Shown: positions 49,049-61,074 of the stretch, one piece after another | Layout: each line of letters starts with the position of its first letter | Position numbering within the stretch: position 1 is the stretch's first letter | Assembly: GCF_021869535.1 (NCBI RefSeq) | Contig: NW_026262637.1 | Span: forward strand, 16,864,001 to 16,928,000 | Source of the DNA: Mytilus californianus | Lineage: Eukaryota | Direction: 5' to 3' | Length of the DNA: 64,000 nt | Notes under the pieces: generated by a model | Seen by the model: only the letters and a program-made list of their open reading frames with translations | Database searches by the model: none | What the model was told of the DNA's origin: nothing | Translations under genes and position numbers: made by a program

Positions 49049-52000
49049 TTTTTTGTCAAATTTGATTATTACAACCCTTTTTATTTATAGTAACAACATT
49101 TACGAATTCAGCTCAGGACAACAAACTGAACATTTCCATTAAGTTTGTTTAAGTTTTCCCCAGTGGTTTCTGAAAACAAGCTATTGACATACAAAATTCC
49201 ATAAGGCATGAAAGATTCATCATGATCAATGTTGTAATGTATGAAACCCAAGCAGCCTGATAAAAATCTTTGTAGAATGTCTCCCAATAATGCTTCCTGC
49301 AAACATGGTAAAGTTTTATCTTGCAGTTGCATAGAAAATGAAATTAAAAATTGACCAATCAAGACCTAGAACTGCCTCTGGCTGACAAGTTATTTGTTGG
49401 ATAGGAATTCTGATAAAGCATTTTCCATTCATTATTCCTATTAAGTTTTGTTCAATTTGAGGGAATTTTCCAAGCAGAAGAAAATTTAAAAATGTTTTCA
49501 CCAAACAGACACAAAAGAGAACATTACAAGCCCTGATTGCAATGTTGAATTTCTGATCATAATGAAAAAATATACATTCTGGTGAGCTCCACCTAAGAAA
49601 TATTCCTGCTTAATCTATTTTCCTAGCTGGTTTCTCAGAGCATACTATTATTATTTGCATTATTCTATCAATAAGGTTCAATGGAAACCTACAATGTATG
49701 TGTCATTGCTGCTGTAAAAGCCATCCAATAAACATGTTTATAGAAGAATGTTTATAGACAGTCCCTTAATTATCATTCCAGTAAGGTACAAAAAAGATTT
49801 ACCTTTGCATTTTCAAGAGATGAATTTAAATTTGAAGGATCAATGAAATAATGAATAGTGTCCAGCAGCAAACATTCCATGTTTATCAGAATGAAAACAC
49901 ATTGAAGATATGACACATGTATGAATACATAAAATGTAAGTATCCTGTTAGTACTAACCCTACAAACTGAAATGCATACAATTTTTATACCTGCTAGAAG
50001 ACATGTGAAACTTCCTGGTTGCATTACTCTGACTCATTGCCAATTCATCATGCATTTGGTCTTACTCATATCAAATCTCATGTGCTTAATGGAGAACCCA
50101 TAATCTTCTGGCACTTGACACCAGCATACTACCAAGAGACAATTAAGGCAGAACTTTAGAAATTGACCAGTAAAATAAAGTATTGCCTCTAGCAGGCTGT
50201 TTTTTGTTTTTCATCAGACTTCAGTCACTGTGGAATTATTCAAAAATTATTCAAAATTATTCCTACCAATTTAAAAAAAACATATTTTTGAAAAAAGCAT
50301 TAAATATAAGTATTGATCAACTTATGTCATCCAGAAATAGGTCAAACAATGATTCTGACCAAGCAGGTTTGACAAATTTAATCGATTGATTGTTGGTTGC
50401 TTAATGCTCAGAAGTAAATAGTTCATGCATGTTCAGGACGATGTTGAATTTGAACATCTCTACAACTTACTCTAGTTCCATTAACAATCATCCCAGTCAT
50501 TGTTAGATTCTTTCTTACTTCATCTTCTGAATGTAGTTTTTCATCTCCTTTATGTTTGTTGTGCAGATCTAACAACAATTCTCCTGCATGCTGACCCAGA
50601 ACTCTATCATTTAAGTCTACTTCTATAGACAACTCTTCTGTATCACCAGATGCTAATGTTTCCATGCTTGAGGTAGAATATTTTGAAAGTACATTTTCAC
50701 TGATAAATCCTGATCTTCTTGATCTTTCTCTAAATGTCTTTCTTCGTTTCTTAGTTTTACCTGAAGGAATCACTGGGTTGTAAGTTAAATCTGGTATTAC
50801 CTGTATTAAAAAAGAGTAGCATATACATATATTTAGCTAAAATTTAAAATAATAGGCATATATAACTCATATAAAGCGTTCTTCTATAATGAAAATGTAA
50901 CTAGGCTATACATGTAAGTACTTAAAAATGTACTGGAACTGCAATGAGATGATTAAAGCTGTAAATTTTCTCCTTGACTTCATCTATGTACCTTTAGAAA
51001 ATAAATTTTATCAACTGTAAGCATCCCTATGAGTACCAACTTGTCCCATAAATAGCAGACTGTTCTGAACCACAGTTTATGGCAAAATCAGTAAAGATTT
51101 GTCTAAATTCAATTTAATCGAGAGAAGAAAATGTTGATTTCAAATCCTCAATCATAAATAAATTTCTAATTATAATGCAGAAATGTACCCAAGGGAATTA
51201 ATTTAAAATAGATCTTATATAAACAGCAATAATCAGGAAATTGTCCTCTTCTCCATTTTGATATATCAGGTTCAAACAGGAAGCTCTCTACAAGTATTTA
51301 GAACAAAAAAGCTTTTGTTAATTTTTCTTTCTTGGACTGTGACCTTCCTTTGACCTCTCTAGTGTATGTTTCCCAGCTTAATTGCTATGCCAGTGTCTGT
51401 AGTAACAAATGGCTGTGAAATAGCTTTTAGTAACTGTGAGTACTCTAAGATTGGTACTTTGTATCATTTATCTTTATATTAGTTATTTTGTGCATTGTGT
51501 GGATTTGATGAATCAAGCCCATTCTAAATGATTTGTTCAGTTTTAAGTTTGTTCTTATGTTTTACTGTTATACCACTATCTCAGGTTAGGTAGATGGTTG
51601 AGTGCACACAAACATGTTTAACTCGGCCACATTCTTAATGTGCCTTCCCAAGTAGGAGTTTGTACATCAATAGATTTCTTCTTTTATTGCTATCTGTCAT
51701 AGTTGTCTTTCCTTTTAGCACAGAACAGGCTGTTGTTTTTATGATTTGAATTTTGTCACATTTTCTCATGGTTGCTTATATCCACATTATTTACATTGGT
51801 CTGTTGTGGAAAGTATTCCAGTATTGTAATAGGTAACAAAAAAACATCTGCATGTAGATTAAGGATTAAAAGTATTATGATATACTAAGTACCAATAGAA
51901 TCAACAAAATGACATCTGCATGTAGCTATAGGTTAATGTCTTAAAGTATTATCATATACTGAGTACCAATAGAAATGCTACACATAATATTCAAGCACCT

Positions 52001-53587
52001 TTTGGTCCTCCTCAAATCAAATTTTTCAGTTAAAAAATGTGTGATTAGTCAAGGGCCCAGAAGGATCAAAATAAAAATCATGAAATTTCTACAACTTTGA
52101 TCACCTGGAACTAAAAGCATTTTGGAAAAATGTTGATCAGCGGTACTTTTTGACAAACTTTGCTGTAAGTGCATCATTAACAGAATGTTGAAATTTGTCA
52201 GCCAAAACTGTAAAAATATTTTCAAACAAAAAAAAAAACAATCTCAGAAATATTGCTTATTGTGTTCTGTTGGCATATCCTTAAAAGTCTTCAAAATCTT
52301 AAAATAATAGGTAAATTTTCAAAGAATATCTGTTGGTTTAAATTTTTGCAGATATCAAGTATATTGAAAACACATGTAGAATGTTGTATTTCTATTGGTA
52401 CTCAGTGCAGTATATCCTACTGCTGCAAAATATATCTTTACCTGTACCACAGAAACCATGACCTTTGAAAACTCATGATTAAGTCCACATTTAAACAGGC
52501 GAATATCTGGTTCTGAAGTAACTTGTTTTATATCTTTTAAATTTTCCATAACAACATGACGAACTCGTTTACAGTATCTGAAAGTAAAAATATTTATAGA
52601 CAAATGTATGATCCATATTACTTAAATGGTTCCTAAACTAAATGTCAAAAAGTGGTTTAAATTAGAGACAAGAGAAGAATCCTTGTAATAAAAGCGTTAT
52701 TCATTGATTTATCTGCACATAGCAGATTTTGTTAAGGCAAATACACCCCTCCTTCCCATGTTCCTCAAAATGATCAGCTAATTTGACAGCCTTGTGTTAG
52801 CCATGTTTATTGTTTTCATGTCGAAAAAGTTATATACAATATTATATGCCCTTATTTTTTTGTCAATGTCAATTTAGATGTTAAAAGTGGTTTTATATCT
52901 TTTCATGGAACCAATAATTTGATTGAGCATAATTAACACGTTAAACATTTATATCATATGTTGATTATTTTTGTCACTGAGTTGGACATATACCCCCATC
53001 TTTGTTTATTCATATGCATGTACATTAGAGGCTAAGGTACCAGTGGGTTACAGATACATGTAGTGTATTTGACTGAAAATAAATACTTCATGTATTTAAG
53101 ATGAAGTCACAGCAAATTACAAATGCAGTGTATATAATTTTTTTTGAGTATTCATTACATGAAAAAGTACTTAATTTTTCATGTACATGTACAGCAAAAA
53201 CAAAGGCAGGGTATATAGTACATACATGAGGATTTTTATCTATCTTCATTGTGGTAAACTCATTATTTTTTCAACAGCATGCAATTCTCTGACCACTTGG
53301 TAAGCCAGCAGAAGTATTTTTCTTCTCCTTTTTTCATATATATATACACACATGACACAAAATCAATACATGTTTCTGGTTTCTCGTTTTTTATACAGAT
53401 TAGGACGTTGGTTTTCATGTTTGAATGGTTTTACACTAGCAATTTTTGGGGCGATTTATAGCTTGCTGTTCGGTGTGAGCCAAGGCTCTGTATTGAAGTC
53501 TGTACTTTGACCTATAATGGTTTACTTTTATAAATTGTGACTTGGATGGAGAGTTGTCTCAATCGCACTCATACCACATCTTTTAAA

Positions 53588-54909
53588 CAAGGTTGGCAAA
53601 AAAGTGGTCAATACTAGTATTGACCAGGCCGGCGGTAAATACCGGTATTTACCGGGAAATACTGGCAAATACTGGCAAATACTGGTCAATTGAAATTTTG
53701 ATAAGATATTACTATTAAATACAGTCCCTACCTGGTCAACTACAGGGTAAATGGACAAATATATTCACAGGACAGAAAGTCACTTATTTACTACATTGTA
53801 AAGGACAAAAACTCACAATTAATTAGTTTACAAGTGTTTGAATATGTAAGGGAAAATCCTTGAAATGAATTCATTGTAATGTTTATGAGATTGATAATGA
53901 ACATGGTTAAATGAAGATTTATTAAATATTAATCCTACAAAGGATATTTCTTGGTACCATGAAGCCAGTCAAGAAAAAGACTATGACAGCTTGTTTTCTT
54001 AACAGTAATTTCAGCAAATGTAATAAAACAATGTCTTAAAAATTAGTCTTTTCTTAATCAAAGAAATAGTTCTTTCAAAATTGCATTGTGACTTTCTGTC
54101 CTGTGATATTTAGCCCTACATTCAATAACTGTTAGTCATGAAAATATGAAAGTTCTCAAGTCAAAATTATACTTTTTTAATGTTATCTTTTCTTATATAA
54201 ATTGAAATTATACATGAACACATCATGGACAGTGATTATTAGAATAAAATTAAAGAAAAAGAAAAACAGCAGCCAAAGTATAGATCCTTCAAAAATTTCC
54301 ATTTTCTGTATTTACATGATTTAGTTTTAGAAGATATTTATCATGCAGTTGAATAGTCAGGAATAAAATAATTGTTTTAAACAGTCTTCAAAAATAACTT
54401 TTATGACTTTTTTCCTGTTATGTCAACATTTATTAGGGGACAGTTGTAATATTGAATAAACTTTTGACACCTGCTTGCCATTTAATAGGTAATGCCCTGA
54501 TAATCTAGTCACCTGTAATTCTATTTACCTGTTAAAATCAAACCTTTTCAAGAAAAAAATATACATGTTGAAATAACTGATATAGCAATTTTATATTCAT
54601 ACCTAAACTATGTTATATCATTACCCATAAGAACTGAATAAGTCATTATTCATGCTAATAATTGATAAAACATACCAATATCAATCCTTTTTATAAACTG
54701 AATCATGCCATATGAATAAAGTTAAAATAATTTCCCCTATCAACTAAGATTTAACTAACATTGATAGTAAAATCTGTCAAAAGAACCATGAAAATTTCAA
54801 TTGTCCAGTATTTGCCAGTATTGACCACTTGAGGAGTATTGACCAGGGCGGTAAATACCGGTAAATACCACTGGTAAATACCGGGGGTGGTATTTACCGC
54901 CCAACCTTG
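53588..54909. mobile_element. 1.32-kb non-autonomous hAT element
   Basis: TIR CAAGGTTGG / CCAACCTTG, perfect 8-bp TSD CTTTTAAA (53580-53587 and 54910-54917), and subterminal aaatactgg/ggtaaatacc repeats. An 8-bp TSD with a CA(A/G)GG start is typical of hAT. Confidence 0.88.
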
Positions 54910-56101
54910 CTTTTAAATCTACATATATGAGGCTGCCTTTTACCTGATTTGATGACAGAGAATGAGAATTTTTTGCCAGATTTTAACATGTTTAAGGTAC
55001 ATTGTAGTAAGGGTATAACAAAAAATTATAATATTTATTTCATACTTAGCCAAAAAATAGTTTTTATCCTTGTAACTTACTGTACTCTCAAACAGCATAG
55101 GTCTGCAAAGACTCCAACAAAGCTGGTACAAAAATCCTCAAATGGTTGATTTTTTCTTCTGTAGTCTTTTACATCTTCAAAAAGAGCTCTAATTCCTGCA
55201 ACAAATACCTTTAACTTCAAAACCCACCAGGATCTGAAATAAAACAATAAGTACAAATTATCTTTTATGTCTACTTTCATACATATATGTAAGAACCTAA
55301 AAACCCTCTGCTGATATAATGTACATGTGTATGTTCTTACAGGCATTAATTGATAGAAGACCATACATTGTGAATTGATAACACTCCCATAAAATGTAGG
55401 TGTACATTTGTAAATACAAACATTTAAATTGAAACTTGAAACAACATTGTTTCACTGATCTGCCTTAAACAGCAGAGAAATGTGAACTGTCATGATGGAA
55501 AAATTATGTAATAGTCATTCTTTTGACAGTTTACATTTTATTTTAAAGTGGCCATGGACAGGCTACAAAAGGTAGATGAAAATGAAAATTTTAAGGCATT
55601 TAAAAAAAGAAAAGACTATTTACATTATTTCTTAGAGAACAGATATACATATGCATATAAACATGAAAATGAAAAATAAAAATCTTAGGATCAGTTATGA
55701 TACAATGTAATATGGGGATGAGGTCCCCAAATCAGTAAGAAAATCAATAAAACAATAAATAAATATAAGAATCAATATACTAATGAACTCAAAATTGTTA
55801 ATTTTTTTTTCTAACAGTTGAGCTTGCGCAGTACCCTGTTCCTATTCTGTTGAAGGACGCTGCCATGTTGTAAGTCATAGGATTTCCCGCAAATTTGTAT
55901 AACTGATTACCAAAGAAATAATGAGGATGAACAGTTTGAATTTATTTAGTTTGTGTACGTAATAAAATGAGTCTAGAGCTCATTCAACATCTGATTTTAT
56001 TGCAAATAAAATGAGTTCTCTGGGAAACTTCAACTCAGACCAATCGGGCAGATTTTTGTATCTGTAAAAAGATCAGTAATTATAAGCTGACTTTGTATAT
56101 A

Positions 56102-56390
56102 TATACACTACAGCTCAGGTGGATTTTGCTTTGTCCACCCGCCCACAGTGGATGTGGGCACCGGGTGGGCAAAATTTTTAGCTTGTCCACTCTGCCCACC
56201 CATAGGATTGGGCATTCAATTTCTTTTGTTGAATGAAAAGACTTGCAAGTACAATCAATTGAAAAAAGCAGATAAGCATTTGTAATCAATATTTTCCCAA
56301 AAATAAGAGAATGTACTTAGATAGAGTGGGCACAGGTGGGCTGTCCACTAAGGGCAGGTGGAAAAGCAAAATCCACAAGGGCTATTGTGT
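56102..56390. mobile_element. ~290-bp MITE with imperfect TIRs
   Basis: tacactacagctcaggtggattttgcttt at the left end vs the reverse complement tacacaatagcccttgtggattttgcttt at the right end. Confidence 0.6.
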
Positions 56391-57905
56391 ACAATCGTTG
56401 TTTTTAGGCATAAATTATTATGTGTTTAATTAAACTAAACTTTAAACAAGAAAAATACAATGCTTCCTGAAGGTAGCATTTCTTTGTTTACATTGAAAGT
56501 TACATCATATATAAAATTCCTAACAATAGGACCAACATCGGATATGTTTCCCTAATTCAGTTACTATTTAACCAGAAATTATGCTGGGAATTTTCTAATG
56601 CAATATATAATGTTAATATATATAAATCTGCTGTTAACAGGATATTGTAAAGTATTCAAAATGTTTGCTGACTTGATGCAGGATGTTTCGGCCACACTGC
56701 TGTATTGACCAAAGACGTTTCGGCCACACATGCCACAGTCTTTTCATCCATACTGCCAGTTAGGCCGTACTTTTTAAAGTCGTTTTGGCCATGGTTTTTA
56801 TTATTATGAAGGAAGGAAAATATAATTGTTTTAGAATCAGAAACAATAAAAATTACATTTTAATCGTTTATTTATATTCATTGATAAAAATGTGTTTTAA
56901 TTAAGAATGTTATAAAAATATTCGTAAAATTTAGATTTTTTGATAAAAAATAATATTTTATAACAAGAAAATGAAAAGTGATAGGCCTATATAAGATAAC
57001 AAGATATCATAATTATTGAAAAGTGAAGAAGATGGTTCTTTTCATAATAAGGCAAAAAAAAAATATATGACTGTTTAAGGTTACATCATAAAAAAAATAG
57101 GGTAGGTGTAGGTCGGTATCTCCTTTTTATTTTATTTTTCATTTAATTTTTTTCAACATGATTTAGAGTCATACGGTCTGTCTTGCTGTGGTCTGAGTTG
57201 TCAATGGGCAGGATTATCCATATTTTTAATGATTGGATTACTTCCCTTGGTGATTGGTTGGAAAATAATGGCAGCAAAGTGATTATTTCATCACACGAGT
57301 CGTGAGTTTCTTAAAACAGCTGTCAAATTCACGATTGTGAACATTTAGATGTATCAGGCAATGGATTTATTTTATTGGCAACTCTAACTTTCGCTTTTGA
57401 CACGAGTTCAGTTAATTTTTCACTTTACAACGGGAATGACTTAGGGTTGGTGCTCAAAAGAAGCAGGGGTTCAAATAAGTGTGGGTCCGAGGTCCTAGAC
57501 CTGTCTTTTCTAGGAGAGGACTTTTCATTTTTAAATAACAAAAGTCCAGGACCTACCATTCTTTACACTGATGTTTTACACACGACCATTGATTTCTTAT
57601 GGAGGACCTTTCATTCAAAATTTCAATTGGTCCTGGACCTTTCATTAATTAAGGCAAACTTGAAATTATGTCCGTCAGATGGGGACGTTAAATCTGAGGT
57701 CCGGTGTTCAGGGAGTACCACGCTCTTTGCACATTAAAGAGCCTTCTCAACAACCTCTTTTTGGAGGTCCATACATGTAAGTGACCGGTTGTTTGGCAAA
57801 ATTATTTCATACTGGTTTTGGCTTTGATATATTTTTCTGTGGTTTATAATTTAACCATTTGGTAATTTGGTTTTCATGGTCTAACTTTTGTCTAAAATCT
57901 GTTAG

Positions 57906-58597
57906 CAGTCAGGGGACTTATTGAAATGAGTGATTTTTAAATCACTTATTTAAGTAGCAAATTCAAAGTTTTGTCACAAATTGTGATTTCTTAGTTTTAC
58001 CAAAATTTTAAACACATAGGTTTAGATAATATTTTTTCATTAGTAAAATTGAAAAAATGAACCTTTTGCTCCTTTTAAATAGCAATGCCTTAGATGCAAT
58101 CATTAAGCTGTAAATTCTATTTTTCCTGTAAAATTCAAGGTTTCATCTTACAGATTATGTAATAAAATTCTACTGTTCGCCATCACAATTTTACTGTTCG
58201 GGGGTGTTGAAATTAGTGGGGGTTATTAAAATAATGATACTTAAAAGAAGTATTTTTTTGGAAGAAAATAGATGTATGATACTTAAACAAGTGATTTTTA
58301 TGTCATTATCCCAGATTCAGTACAAGGTCATCACCTGACATGACCCGGTCATCCTATCAACACAGATGTTGGTTCTGATAAATTTAGTAACATAATTTAG
58401 CCCCTGGATCATTATATTTTTAGTATTGTATATTTAAAGCTACAATAAAATTAAATCACTTAGTCTAGTGATTTATTTGTACTACTTAAATAGGTGATTA
58501 TTAAAGAAGGACTACTCTTACTTCCAACTCTTGTGGACATAATGTTACTTGAATCAGTGATTTAGAAAATCACTCATTTAAGTAAGTCCCCTGACTG
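57906..58597. mobile_element. 692-bp MITE with ~55-bp TIRs and 5-bp TSD GTTAG
   Basis: CAGTCAGGGGACTTA.T.AAATGAGTGATTT..TAAATCACT.ATT.AAGTA at both ends, and GTTAG at 57901-57905 and 58598-58602. Confidence 0.85.
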
Positions 58598-61074
58598 GTT
58601 AGTATTCATACTTTGATGAGTTGAGCCTTTTTTCAATTAATGTTTTATAGTGTGTCCTTTTATGTCGTATTGTTACACCACTGTCTCAGGTTAGGTTGAA
58701 GGTTGGCGCCAGATAAAACGTTCAAACCCGCTGCATTTGTTTGCACATGTCCTAAGTCAGGAACCTTATGTTCAGTGGTTGTTGTTTGTTGATGTGATTC
58801 ATAAGTGTTTCTCGTTTCTCGTTTTTTATATACATGTAGATTAGACTTGGTTTTCCTGTTTGAATGGTTTTTACACTAGTCATTTTTGGGGCCCTTTATA
58901 GCTTGCTGTTCGGTGTGAGCCAAGGCTTAGTGTTGAAGGCCGTACTTTGACCTATAATGGTTTACTTTTACAAATTTTGACTTGGATGGAGAGTTGTCTC
59001 ATTGGCACTCATACGGTAAAATTGTCAAAAGTTAACACAATTTTACTTAGTAATTTTTTTTGTAATGCTCACTTGTCTCTTTCTTCAAGTTCTTTTATTT
59101 CATTTTCACATGTGTCCAGTGCATCTTCAACTATTTTACTCTGATGATGGAAGGAAGTCAATGGCATACTGAACGATAAATACTTGTTGACAAAGTCGAT
59201 GTATTCATCTTGTTCTTTGCTAAGTGGAGATACATCTCTTGCTACCATTGCAAATAAATCTAGAGGTTCTTCTATGTATCTTGAGGCATATTGAATTTTT
59301 AGATGGTGTTGTACGTGTAATCGTTCCCATTTTGATACTGTTTTAGATAATTTTGTTTTTTGGGTATCCCGTGGACTGCTGATTCTTCGTCTTCTTCTGG
59401 AAGGTGATGAGGATGTTTCGCTTTCTTCAGATGAATACGCTGATGAACAAGATTTAGATGGCATATTCATTTTCATAGCGATCGCGGTTGAATGACGTCT
59501 CTTAAGTGCAAAATAACTTCCCATAAAACATCGTGCTATTAGGAGTTCCAAAGAGGAAGATCAAAATAAACCAAAACTGGAAACGGAGAAGTCCAGAGTC
59601 CGGAACAGAAAAATACATAAGAAAAGAGGAAGGGGTTTCCGAAATGAATATTTCAAAAGTGGCTTCGTAAAAACCGGTGTAAATAACACCCCAACCCAGT
59701 TGATCAGGGGTAACTGGTTCGCGTTATTTTAAACCAAGTTTTAATTATATAGTTTTATCTAAATGAAATTTTTCAAATGTACATACATTATTTTGATTTT
59801 TTTATTTTGTTTCTTTTTATTTTTCTTGCTACAATGTAAATTAAAATTTTTTATAGTCGACGCCAGGCGAATAATCTTCAATAATTGAAGGATCGCTAGA
59901 AACTTAAAGAAGAAAGAAGAAGAATTAGCGTGGGGCGTTTGTCTTCCCGCGGACAACGTTCCGGTGTACTAGCACTTTAAAGTCCTGTAATAACAGTAGG
60001 CTAGCACAAAGCAGTCAAAATTATACATACACCCTTTGGTTTTCTTTTCTTTTCTTTACTTACTCTTTTTTTTTTTTAATCTTTTTTATGTACATATAAA
60101 ACCTTATACTAAATATTTTTCTGAAATTCACATAGTTTTTACACATATTTAGGCCTATTTCGGTTTATAGCAAAATATTTGGCAACTAAAATCACATACA
60201 CAATTTGCTCTTTACTTGGCTGCTGGTGTACCATGACAATGTTGCTGCCGCTCACTGCCGTTTGCTTGGCCTAGCTTTCCTCCTGTTCCGGCTTTTCGTA
60301 TTTTTATTTTTTATTTTTATTTTCTTTTGTTCTTTATTAAAATTTCCATTTTTATTTTCTTTTATTTAATTTAAGTTCTATTTATTTTTATCTTTTATTT
60401 TTATTCATCAATTCATTTATTTAATTTATCTTTCAAATTATTGTTCATTTTACTTTTTACTCATGTTAGGTTTTTTCATTGTCACTCAAAACAAGCCAGG
60501 CCGATCGTGCAGGACCCTCATGGGTAGTCAAGGTCGTTAAAAACCACCATGAGCTCGTCGATCAAGGTATAAAATTTTGAAAGATTTTGAAGCAAACTAT
60601 TTCAATCCTAATATTATTGAAAATTAATAGTTTTGGGCTAAACGCTGGGGAAGTTTTTTTCATCATTTGTGGAAGGAATTACCTGGGATATAGATATGAT
60701 CGTGCCACTTATAATCCCACCTCCTTTTTGCCCTTCCATCCAGGAATTTCCCTTCACGTACTGTTGCACTCAAATTAAACACAGAATGAAAATAAATTAA
60801 TTTGACCTAACAAAAAAATCTTTGATTTCACCCCCAAAATATTGAGAATTAAAGTATAGGACGTACATTCATATTAAATTGCACATTGCTAGAACACAAT
60901 GAAATATCCGTACCAATGTTAAAATCGTTATATAAATAGAAAGGAAACACGAAAAAAGTTCAAAAAGCATTGCATAACAAATATCTTCTTCTTCTTTAGG
61001 TACAGAAAACCATCAACATTTTGAAGATTACTTTCCGGCGCATGCCTGAGTGAGGTTGCTTTAAAGTTAATTAC

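Larger units (their letters stand above)
48584..59476 (-). pseudogene. Decayed multi-exon gene of unknown family (possibly transposon-borne)
   Basis: Exon-like blocks with AG/GT borders and compatible phases: 59476-59073 (MKMNMPSK..ELEERD, donor gtgagc), 56061-55835 (YKNLPDWSELKFPRE.., one stop plus a frameshift), 55233-55081 (SWWVLKLK..CCLRV), 52577-52463 (YCKRVRH..HEFSK), from 50800 (VIPDLTYNP..KRRKTFRERSRRSG..) and a terminal exon 48760-48584 (VFFTLLEMTRKHYQKL..NNIE*). Several stops and frameshifts at 49.1-51.4 kb. Confidence 0.55.

Noticed and set aside
57375-57737. 120-aa plus-strand ORF
   Set aside because: It starts at a non-ATG codon and overlaps a SINE-like segment (about 57670-57780, minus). 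No domain is recognisable.
59977-61066. Possible TTAA-flanked Kolobok-like element (ttaaAGTCC.. to ..GGTTGCTttaa)
   Set aside because: The two ends do not form a matching TIR, and TTAA is common in this AT-rich DNA.
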